DNA of 24,740 bases from Candidatus Heimdallarchaeota archaeon (lineage in GTDB: Archaea > Asgardarchaeota > Heimdallarchaeia > JABLTI01), in contig JAUWKS010000047.1 of assembly GCA_030614005.1 (NCBI GenBank), positions 1-24,740 on the forward strand, given 5' to 3'. A program made the translations under genes and the position numbers. Positions 1 to 7,996 of this stretch are shown here, piece after piece. The notes below the pieces were generated by a model. That model saw only the letters and a program-made list of their open reading frames with translations. It searched no databases and had not been told where the DNA came from. Each line of letters begins with the position of its first letter. The stretch's first letter is position 1.

Positions 1-641
1 CGAATATGCAAATTTCCTTCTAAACCTGAGCCATCTGTGTGACCTGTCATATAAACAAAATCAATGCTCGGATAATCTATTTCTAAACCAACCATCAAAC
101 CAATATAAGTGTCTATATTTTCCTCAGTTGCACCTGATGCTTGACCACACCATGACCACATTACTACATTAACATCTTCATTTCCTGCAGTCTCGAGATA
201 CGCTCTTGTTCTAACTTCCCAAGTAATAAAATCGGGGTTTCCTAAATCACCTGAAACAAAGTAATCATCAATGTCTAGTGCCCCATCTGTTCCACCCTCA
301 TTCCAATCATACAACCCATCTGTAAAATTAGAAGGACCAGCTTGCGATCCAACATAATTTTCTTTAAAACCAGGTAAACTATTCATTCCGGTAATAATTT
401 GACTGCCATGGGAAGTGTGTCCATAAACAATATGCAGATTATTCTTAGCTTCAATTATTGCAGAATCAGGTATCTGATTGAGGCGTACAAGATTCATTAT
501 TGAATGATCAGCAATAATTGCATCAGCAGTTATTTTTGGTTGATCTATCAAGGGAGGGCTTTCGCTTGAAGTATTGGTGAAACTAATTAACAAAATACCA
601 ATAATACAAAAAGTAACAATTTGTTTTAACTTGAATACCAT
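1..641 (-). CDS. Secreted protein of an uncharacterised HTSHGSQ-motif family, probably SGNH-hydrolase-like; 3' end runs off the window
   Basis: Not in the ORF track; translated by hand from ATG at 641 (upstream GGTGAG RBS) with no stop to position 1: MVFKLKQIVTFCIIGILLISF...HIVYGHTSHGSQIITGM...GDLGNPDFITWEVRTRAYL...NVVMWSWCGQ...YPSIDFVYMTGHTDGSG. Hydrophobic N-terminal signal peptide. The SGNH-like fold is inference. Confidence 0.85.
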   Translation of the reverse strand, partial: MVFKLKQIVTFCIIGILLISFTNTSSESPPLIDQPKITADAIIADHSIMNLVRLNQIPDSAIIEAKNNLHIVYGHTSHGSQIITGMNSLPGFKENYVGSQAGPSNFTDGLYDWNEGGTDGALDIDDYFVSGDLGNPDFITWEVRTRAYLETAGNEDVNVVMWSWCGQASGATEENIDTYIGLMVGLEIDYPSIDFVYMTGHTDGSGLEGNLHI

Positions 642-743
642 TTTATTCTCACCGCAATATAATAAAAGATAATATTTACTTTCTAGTAAATAAGTAATTC
701 TCAATTAAATAAAAAAAGAAAGGATAGCTGAAAGCTAACCTAG

Positions 744-3578
744 TTATTTAATTCTTCGACGACCAGTAAACCAAGCAAAGAACGCTAATATTGTCATAGC
801 TGAGAAGGCAAAAAGAAGACCATTCTCAAAACCACCTTCCTCTGTTGTAGGAGTAGTTGTTGGACTGGGAGTTGGACTGGGAGTTGGAGTAGGTTCTGGT
901 GGGTCATTTGAGTCAGTTGGATCTGTACCATCAGCGATTTCTTCATCATCATCGATGCCATCACCATCTGTGTCTGCGTCGTTTGGATCTGTGATGTATC
1001 CATCTATTCCAGCAATAACTTCTTCTCCATCGCTAATGGAGTCATCGTCTGAATCAGGGTCATTAGGATCAGTATTATGAGTATTAGTTTCAGCGCCATC
1101 GGTTAAGCCATCGTCATCGCTGTCTGCATTATTAGGATCTGTAATGTAACCATCTGCTCCTAAAGCTAATTCCTCTCCGTCTAAAATTAAATCGCCATCT
1201 GTATCATCATCAGTAGGATCGGTGAGATGTACGTCAATTTCCATATTATCATTTAAACCATCCATATCGGTATCTATATCGTTTGGATCTGTGATGTATC
1301 CATCTGCTCCTTCAGTTACTTCTTCTCCATCCAAAATAGTATCGTTGTCCGAATCTGAGTCAAGAGGATTAGTTAAATAATTGTATACTTCAGCTCCATC
1401 ACCTAGACCATCCCCGTCTGTGTCAAACAGATTAGGATCAGTAAAGTATCCAGTTGCCCCAGTTAATTCATTATAATCACTTATACCATCGATGTCACTG
1501 TCTGCCAACGTTGGGTCAGTGAAGAAGGTAAATATCTCATCGTAGTCCCCAATGGTATCTCCATCGGTATCTTCTTTGTCGATATCAGTACCATATTCAT
1601 TTATTTCCAAATAATTCGATAATCGATCCATATCATTATCATGCAATAATACTTCAAAACCACCATGTGAGTCACCGACATACATTGTTCCATTTACAAC
1701 ATCGATATCTACAGCTTGACCGTCGTCATCAAAATAGTGACCTACTTGTTGGAATTTGGAATCTGAAGTCCACTCATAAACATAGACACCCATGGTATGA
1801 GCTGTATAATAGATATACTGTCCTTCAATGAAAACGTCATAACCGTGCCCACCGGGATCGATATTATCAAAACTGTAAACGTTATTCATGTCTGTAGTAT
1901 TAAAGGCATATAATCCCGCATAACCATTTCCTAACAAAACTAATCCTTCTGTTGCAAAGACATCATAGGCATATCCCGTTATAAACTCTCTATATTGATA
2001 CGTAGGATTTTCTACATCTGTTACATTGATTATTTGTAAACCACCATCATGGGCTGCTATGTAAGTAAAATTACCAAATACATCAATACTATAAGTATAA
2101 TTACCATCTGCCAATTGTGAAACATGAATCAAATCGGCTGGATCAGTAATATTCACAATTTGTAACCCGCCATTGTATGTTGCACAATACGCATACTTTC
2201 CTTGAACTTTAACATCATAAGCATTAAATGATGTTTGATAGCTATCTAGAAACACAGGGTTTTCAGGATCGGTTATGTTGTATGTTCGAAGTCCTAGTGT
2301 GCTGGCAGCAACATAAAGAATGTTTTCTTTAATATCGAGATTTTGAATATATTTTGCATCGAGTATTGATGCAACTAATTTGATGTTTGTTATATCAGAG
2401 ATATTTACAACATCTACACCATATCCGAAGCCAGCAATAAAAGCAAAGTCTCCATACACTTCCACGTCTCTCACTTCACCATAAGATTCGAATTTAAAGA
2501 CCTCAGAAATACTAGCAGGATTAGAAACGTTATAAATTCTAAAACCTCCAGTGTTATAAGCAACATAAAGCAAGCTGCCATTTATTGTTAGTTCCGGAGA
2601 GTAACTTCCCACACTTGCTATAGTTCCTTCTTGAACCGTTGCTAATGGATTTGTGACATTTATCAGCTCAACACCTTGGCCATGGGTAGCATAAACAATA
2701 TTATCAGAAAAATCTGTCCCTTCATACCAACTACTGAAACCTAAATGGGTATTAATTAAAGTTGGATCTGATCTATTTGAAACATCAATTATTTCCATTC
2801 CATTATTGCCTACTGCAGCATAAACTGTTGTTCCGCTAATAACTAAATTATCGATATTATCTCCACTGTAATAATTTGCTGTTTTCGTAGGAGTTGCTAC
2901 ACCAGTTATGTTAATGATATCCATACCCCAATTATAAAGCGAACAATAAGCGTAGTTTCCAGAAACCTCTACTTGGTAATAATATGTGCCATTGTAATAA
3001 TTATTTACATAAGTGATATCAGCAGGATCTGTTGCATTAAGTATTTGTAAACCTTCATTAAAGCCTGCTACAAAAATATAATTTCCAGCAACTTTTATAT
3101 CTTGAGCTGCTCCCAAAGTGTCATATCTATCTAGCTCCACTGGATTCGAAGGGTCTGAGATATCAAGAGTGACTACTCCATAAGCTCCACAAGACAGGTA
3201 GGCTATATCGTCTTGAACAGCTACTCTTTTAACAGTATTGTAACCAGGTAAAATAAATTGACTGACAATAACACTACTTGAAGGAGTGGAACAATCAAAA
3301 ATGAGTAGTCCTTCGTAATCACAAGCAATAAGAGCATATTGGTCTTTGATAACAATATTGTTCACTTGGTTGTAATGTTCATCCCAATAGCCTAATTCAG
3401 TTATGTTCTCTTGAACGGCATTTGTTACGAATTCTTGTTGTATTGTATCTGGATTTGCATTAACAGCACTATCTCCAGATTCAATTCCTATTTCTGATAC
3501 ATTAGCAATTAGCATTGGTGAAACAACACTTGCTAAAATAATCACTATAAATAAACTTCTAACTTTGTTTAACTGCAT
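744..3578 (-). CDS. Cell-surface protein: signal peptide, LVIVD-repeat beta-propellers, thrombospondin-type-3-like Ca-binding (DxDxDG) stalk, Pro/Thr linker, C-terminal TM anchor
   Basis: Many LVIVD-type units (e.g. YAYCATYNGGLQIVNITDP, FAFIAGFGYGVDVVNISD); repeated D-[ST]-D-x-D-G-[LI]-x-D-x-x-E ... TDP motifs; PEPTPTPSPTPS linker; GGF + hydrophobic helix + RRR tail resembling PGF-CTERM-type sorting signals. Confidence 0.92.
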   Translation of the reverse strand: MQLNKVRSLFIVIILASVVSPMLIANVSEIGIESGDSAVNANPDTIQQEFVTNAVQENITELGYWDEHYNQVNNIVIKDQYALIACDYEGLLIFDCSTPSSSVIVSQFILPGYNTVKRVAVQDDIAYLSCGAYGVVTLDISDPSNPVELDRYDTLGAAQDIKVAGNYIFVAGFNEGLQILNATDPADITYVNNYYNGTYYYQVEVSGNYAYCSLYNWGMDIINITGVATPTKTANYYSGDNIDNLVISGTTVYAAVGNNGMEIIDVSNRSDPTLINTHLGFSSWYEGTDFSDNIVYATHGQGVELINVTNPLATVQEGTIASVGSYSPELTINGSLLYVAYNTGGFRIYNVSNPASISEVFKFESYGEVRDVEVYGDFAFIAGFGYGVDVVNISDITNIKLVASILDAKYIQNLDIKENILYVAASTLGLRTYNITDPENPVFLDSYQTSFNAYDVKVQGKYAYCATYNGGLQIVNITDPADLIHVSQLADGNYTYSIDVFGNFTYIAAHDGGLQIINVTDVENPTYQYREFITGYAYDVFATEGLVLLGNGYAGLYAFNTTDMNNVYSFDNIDPGGHGYDVFIEGQYIYYTAHTMGVYVYEWTSDSKFQQVGHYFDDDGQAVDIDVVNGTMYVGDSHGGFEVLLHDNDMDRLSNYLEINEYGTDIDKEDTDGDTIGDYDEIFTFFTDPTLADSDIDGISDYNELTGATGYFTDPNLFDTDGDGLGDGAEVYNYLTNPLDSDSDNDTILDGEEVTEGADGYITDPNDIDTDMDGLNDNMEIDVHLTDPTDDDTDGDLILDGEELALGADGYITDPNNADSDDDGLTDGAETNTHNTDPNDPDSDDDSISDGEEVIAGIDGYITDPNDADTDGDGIDDDEEIADGTDPTDSNDPPEPTPTPSPTPSPTTTPTTEEGGFENGLLFAFSAMTILAFFAWFTGRRRIK
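859..888. repeat. 12-bp tandem repeat GTTGGACTGGGA (about 2.5 copies) encoding the PTPS linker
   Basis: Exact copies at 859-870 and 871-882, partial copy from 883. Confidence 0.85.
906..1643 (-). repeat. Ca-binding DxDxDG repeat stalk with a 50-aa (150-bp) higher-order period
   Basis: Long units containing GADGYITDPN/GIDGYITDPN/GATGYFTDPN alternate with short units; a 27-bp exact DNA repeat lies at 979-1005 and 1279-1305, 300 bp apart. Confidence 0.85.
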
Positions 3579-3794
3579 AATTTAACTCCGTCCTAATTAA
3601 AATTAATTCATAAACGTAACAGTTCTCATTTCATTAATAAAAGTTTTTAGATTTGAAAAATGAAGGACAATTACCTTTTGAGGGCAGATTATTTGACATT
3701 TTATGAATGAAGACAACCTTTGTCATTGAATTTTTTCTCATAATAAAATAGAAGAATTACGACAATAATTCATTTTTCAGAGAATTGAAAGTTT

Positions 3795-3823
3795 TTTCTC
3801 AATGATGTGAGAAAGTTTATAAC
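3795..3823 (+). promoter_or_regulatory. Archaeal promoter (TATA TTTATAAC) with a TTTCTCA-N6-TGAGAAA palindrome over the BRE position
   Basis: Palindrome at 3795-3814; TATA at 3816-3823, centred about 26 nt upstream of ATG 3846, the spacing expected for a leaderless archaeal mRNA. Confidence 0.55.
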
Positions 3824-3845
3824 ATTCACAGTAGAAAATAGTGCT

Positions 3846-4733
3846 ATGTCAGATTATGAATTCAAAAACTTTGAAAAAGGCATAGAAGAAGCGCAAGCAG
3901 AATTGGGTACAGAAGTAACCAAAGACTGGTCTTTTTTCGGTCAATCTGATGCTGCAGCTTTAAAAAATGCCTACTCTCGAGAAGGTTTTGATCCAGAAAC
4001 TCGTCATTATGCTTTCAAAGATGGTAAGCTCGTTGGGTTTTTAGTCTCACGAATTTTACCTGATACAGAAGATGGTATAAAAAGAGCAACTTTTGATTTT
4101 CCTTTTGTAAAAGAAGGTCATGAAAAAGCTGGAGAATTATTATACGAAAGAGGAATTGCTACACTCAAAGATAAAGGTGTGACTATTGCTGATGTTCGTG
4201 TCATAGAAGGTTGGAAAGGTACCACAGAACAAGCAGAGAAATATGGTTTTAAGAAAGGTGCACTTCGATTTGTTCGTGTTAAAAGTAGTTTGAATAAATT
4301 GCAAGCAAAAGATCATACAGAAAAGTTTGAGAATTTCGATCCTGAAAGAGACAAAGAACAAATCATAAAGCTTTTCACAGAAAATTACAATATGACTGCA
4401 GAACAAGCAGAAACGAATTTCAAAGGAATAGTTAATCCCCCTGAAGGTCAATATTTCCAACCGATTCTCCGAGAAGGAGACAAGATAATTTCACGCGGTT
4501 TACTCTACATTCCAAAAGATCCTAAAGATGCAACCTTTAGATTCTTGTCACCAGATCCAACACAATACTTTGATGCCTATTTGGCAAACATTATTCCTAT
4601 TGCTAAGGAAAAAGGGGCAGAAAATTTCGAGTTGTTTTTAGGTGGTCCTACTTTGGAGCAGCAGCTTGAATTGTTTAAATCGTACGGTTTTTCTGTTGTT
4701 GATGAAGCATTCACTTATGAAAAAGAGTTCTAA
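3846..4733 (+). CDS. Tandem GNAT-fold protein (two degenerate acetyltransferase-like domains)
   Basis: Both halves show a GNAT-like pattern ending in ...AEKYGFK and ...FKSYGFS, with RHYAFKDGKLVGFL as a beta strand pair. Start moved from the track's GTG 3807 to ATG 3846 because of TATA spacing. The canonical R/QxxGxG motif is degenerate. Confidence 0.7.
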   Translation: MSDYEFKNFEKGIEEAQAELGTEVTKDWSFFGQSDAAALKNAYSREGFDPETRHYAFKDGKLVGFLVSRILPDTEDGIKRATFDFPFVKEGHEKAGELLYERGIATLKDKGVTIADVRVIEGWKGTTEQAEKYGFKKGALRFVRVKSSLNKLQAKDHTEKFENFDPERDKEQIIKLFTENYNMTAEQAETNFKGIVNPPEGQYFQPILREGDKIISRGLLYIPKDPKDATFRFLSPDPTQYFDAYLANIIPIAKEKGAENFELFLGGPTLEQQLELFKSYGFSVVDEAFTYEKEF

Positions 4734-4811
4734 TTTAGTTCTCTCTTTTCTTTTTCTATTTTCTATTTGTTATTTTATCTTGTTTTAATGATTATATTAA
4801 AGAAAGTAAAA

Positions 4812-4833
4812 TTGATAGAAACCAATCTATCAA
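4812..4833. terminator. Hairpin TTGATAG-N8-CTATCAA between convergent genes, flanked by T-rich tracts
   Basis: 7-bp inverted repeat; T-rich run follows on the minus strand, and 4740-4790 is T-rich on the plus strand. Confidence 0.4.
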
Positions 4834-4854
4834 AATCCTCTTAGAAAATCTATT

Positions 4855-5832
4855 CTATTCAGAACGCAATGCTTCCCCGCAGGATGAACAAAAGTCTGTT
4901 GCTGCTTCATTAGCATATCCACAATTTTTGCAATTTTGAAAGTTAGTCTCATGCTCAAATCCATATGAAATTTGCTTACTTGTTATTGGTTTACTAACTG
5001 GTTGCACATCAGGTTTAGGATATGGTATTTGATAAGTTGGTTGTGAGTAAATAATTGGTGCAGGTCGTGTATCTACTCCTTGGTAATTTGAACCACCACT
5101 CCAATTGGAAACTGGCAAACCTTGTGCATCAGAAAAGCTTCCAGACAAAATAGTAATCAGATCGATTAAAACGCCAAAACCAAAAAGTCCAGATGTAAAT
5201 AAATAAATCAGTCCCATTTCCTGCTTTCCTACATAGAAAAGATGTCCTCCGAAATATCCTAGAAATAGGCAGAGAAAAAGAGCAACAGTACGACTATATT
5301 CTGACTCGATTTTTCGTGGTGCCATTGGCATTGAAGATGGCGTATGAGAATATTGATGTGCCCCCATTGGGGCTCTTGAAGAATCAAAATAAACAGTTAA
5401 ATTTTCTACTCCTTTCAATGTGGCATTAACGCCCAAGACAGTAAATAGTGTTAATAACACATCACTTGATAGCATAATCCAAAAGAGAACAGTAGGTTCA
5501 TCACTAGATACATAAATAATAATTAAAGTGACAGTATCAAATAGAATGCCTGCTGCAGCAAAAACAATAAACATAATTTTAGTATTTTTTACAGCATTTG
5601 CTTCTTTTATTGCTACTACAATTAGTGGTATAAAAATATAGCATGATAATGTTATCACAGCTAACAAGTTCATTGCACCATAAAATAAGTTAAAAAATAG
5701 CATATTACCAAACAATAATAATGTATGAGTTGCACAAGCAATTAACCATAAAATAATTACAATATAACCTAAGGAATGTTTTTTGAAAATTCTAAATGTT
5801 GCTCCAGCGCGCATATAACTATTAACCTCCAT
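4855..5832 (-). CDS. Membrane protein: about 4 N-terminal TM helices, TM2 domain, Pro/Gln linker, C-terminal zinc ribbon
   Basis: TM2 signature [24 protein letters not shown]...[23 protein letters not shown]; zinc ribbon CKNCG-x10-CSSCG. Confidence 0.85.
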   Translation of the reverse strand: MEVNSYMRAGATFRIFKKHSLGYIVIILWLIACATHTLLLFGNMLFFNLFYGAMNLLAVITLSCYIFIPLIVVAIKEANAVKNTKIMFIVFAAAGILFDTVTLIIIYVSSDEPTVLFWIMLSSDVLLTLFTVLGVNATLKGVENLTVYFDSSRAPMGAHQYSHTPSSMPMAPRKIESEYSRTVALFLCLFLGYFGGHLFYVGKQEMGLIYLFTSGLFGFGVLIDLITILSGSFSDAQGLPVSNWSGGSNYQGVDTRPAPIIYSQPTYQIPYPKPDVQPVSKPITSKQISYGFEHETNFQNCKNCGYANEAATDFCSSCGEALRSE

Positions 5833-5991
5833 CTACTGAACTATTTACCCTTTTTTCATGAATTTCTTTCAATATTGAAAAAGAATTCAATTTCATTATT
5901 GTTTAAGTTTAAATAAATATTATGCTAATTGACATTCAGTAAGAATAAGGAAGGCTTCAAATGAGTAAAACGAAAGTCTCATTTGAATTAT

Positions 5992-6414
5992 TTATCTTTT
6001 TAACGGCAGTCCACAGGTGCTACAATAAACAGTTTCCAAATCATTTATCGAACCACATTCAGGACAATAAGTTACTGGTTCATTTGATTGATATTGTGCT
6101 TTTTGAGCTGGTTGTGGATTTTGGGCTGGTTGAGATCTTTGATGAGGGGAAGGATGTGGCTGTGTTGTAATAATTGGTCTTGGTGTTTCATCCCAATTTA
6201 AGAGTGGGAGTCCTCGATCATCATAAAAAGCACCTGTTGCAATTAGTATAATATCTACTAAAACACCAATGCCAAACAATCCTTCTGTAAATAAGTATAA
6301 TATACCCGATGCTATTCTTCCAACATAAAATCTATGAGCACCAAAAATACCTAAAAATATAGCTAGTAATAAAGCAACCATTCTACTTCTTCTAGAAACT
6401 CTTCTATTTTGCAA
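5992..6414 (-). CDS. TM2-domain protein with Pro/Gln-rich linker and C-terminal zinc ribbon
   Basis: SRMVALLLAIFLGIFGAHRFYVGRIASGILYLFTEGLFGIGVLVDII is a typical TM2 (PF05154-like) sequence; CPECG-x10-CSTCG; TTG start preceded by a GGAGA RBS. Confidence 0.9.
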   Translation of the reverse strand: MQNRRVSRRSRMVALLLAIFLGIFGAHRFYVGRIASGILYLFTEGLFGIGVLVDIILIATGAFYDDRGLPLLNWDETPRPIITTQPHPSPHQRSQPAQNPQPAQKAQYQSNEPVTYCPECGSINDLETVYCSTCGLPLKR

Positions 6415-6582
6415 GATTTGATTTCTCCTATAATATAATAGATGATATATCCTATAAATATTAGTAAATGAATAAACAAATATATCTATTTAATTAACAT
6501 TTTTAGGTTACTAATTATAATTTGATCTTTGCATGTTCACAATTGAATGATATAGAAAATCCTTTTCTATCAATACAAAGCT

Positions 6583-6759
6583 GTGGTTTTTATTCCAGGA
6601 GTTATTAATAATGGATGCTCAATATCAGAAGTTCAAGCTCTACTTTTGAAGTTGGAGAAAGCACCAAAAGAAGGGTCTCGTTCTGAAGCAGCTAAATCTT
6701 TAGGTAGATTGGAAAAAACAGCCAGTAAAAGATTTTTTTCTTCTTTCCTTTTGAAATGA
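6583..6759 (+). pseudogene. Possible gene remnant with a HEAT/PBS-lyase-like motif
   Basis: Hand translation from GTG 6583: ...SEVQALLLKLEKAPKEGSRSEAAKSLGRLEKTASK...; sits in an otherwise empty 500-bp gap. No clear RBS. Confidence 0.25.
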
Positions 6760-6915
6760 AAGTCAACGTTTATTTTTTATCTATAATTGATGATTCACAT
6801 TGAAATAAAAAAATCTGAGAACGGATGCATCATTAATCACTACCGAGAGCTCTGATTAAAGCTTATCTGTTTCTATAACTTAATTTAACTACTGAGTTAA
6901 TTGTTGAGTAATTAA

Positions 6916-7803
6916 TTATAAAAGATCTTTTAGAGACCAAATTCTAACAGTTTTATCTGCTGATCCAACTGCTAACCATTTATTATCAGATGAAAATGCA
7001 GCAAAATAAACTCCTTTTGGTTTTAGTGGTATGTCTTCAATCAATTCTCCGGTTTTCAATGATCTTACTTGAAGTTTGTAAGGCAATGATAAAGTGAAAT
7101 ATTTTTCATCTGCAGAAAAGGCAACAGAATGTATTTCTGTATATTTAATATCAAATTCTTTTTCTAAAGTCCAATGTTTTGTTTTCCAGATTTTCACTTT
7201 GCCATCATTTGCTACTGAAACTAATTTTTTCCCTTTTGCTAAATGCTTTAGTGCAACGATTCCAGCAGTATGTGAATCAATTTCCTTTATCAATTTCCCA
7301 GAAGGTAGTTTCCAAATGACAATTTTAGAATCAATTGCTCCTGTTGCAATATGTGAACAGTTTTGAGCAAAACTTACGCTGGTTATATTTTTTTCATGAC
7401 CACTTAAGGTATCAAATAATTCCATTGTTTCACATGACCACAAATGAACCTTCCCATCATAAGATCCTGTAGCAATTAGAGCATTGCAAGAGGATAATTT
7501 TACAACGACAAGAGGTTTTTTGTGAGCAACAATTACATCTATCTCCTTTAATGAGTGTAATTCCCATATTCTCATTGTTGTATCGCTAGAACCTGTAATG
7601 AGCACATCCTGGTTATTACTCAATGCGAAAGCATTCACACTTTTTTCATGACCTATTAGTTCTCCTTTGAATTCCCACGACGGGACGGACCAAAACTTTA
7701 TCACATTATCCATGCCAGTTGTGATAAGTATTTCATTGTCGTGCGAAAATCCAATCTGCATTACATGGCTAGTATGTGCTTGGATTATTTCAGGTTCAAC
7801 CAT
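6916..7803 (-). CDS. Stand-alone WD40 7-bladed beta-propeller
   Basis: Seven repeats, e.g. GHEKSVNAFALS...LITGSSDTTMRIWE, GHEKNITSVSFA...IATGAIDSKIVIWK, ...LAVGSADKTVRIWS. Confidence 0.95.
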   Translation of the reverse strand: MVEPEIIQAHTSHVMQIGFSHDNEILITTGMDNVIKFWSVPSWEFKGELIGHEKSVNAFALSNNQDVLITGSSDTTMRIWELHSLKEIDVIVAHKKPLVVVKLSSCNALIATGSYDGKVHLWSCETMELFDTLSGHEKNITSVSFAQNCSHIATGAIDSKIVIWKLPSGKLIKEIDSHTAGIVALKHLAKGKKLVSVANDGKVKIWKTKHWTLEKEFDIKYTEIHSVAFSADEKYFTLSLPYKLQVRSLKTGELIEDIPLKPKGVYFAAFSSDNKWLAVGSADKTVRIWSLKDLL

Positions 7804-7996
7804 TCGATTCGCCTTTTCGTTTCATTGTTTTATACTCTAACATCGATTTTAGAAGAATCTAGTCATTAAGAATATACTAAAAGACTATTGGAATTTTTTA
7901 GAATCTAATGTTTACTAGCCTTGATTTTATAAGGAAAAAACCTTGCTTTACATAATAAAGAAAAAAAATCGATTTCAAGAGAATCAGCTAGCAAAA

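Noticed and set aside
3807-3845. GTG start for the tandem GNAT given in the ORF track
   Set aside because: It lies inside the palindrome upstream of the TATA box; ATG 3846 fits promoter spacing.
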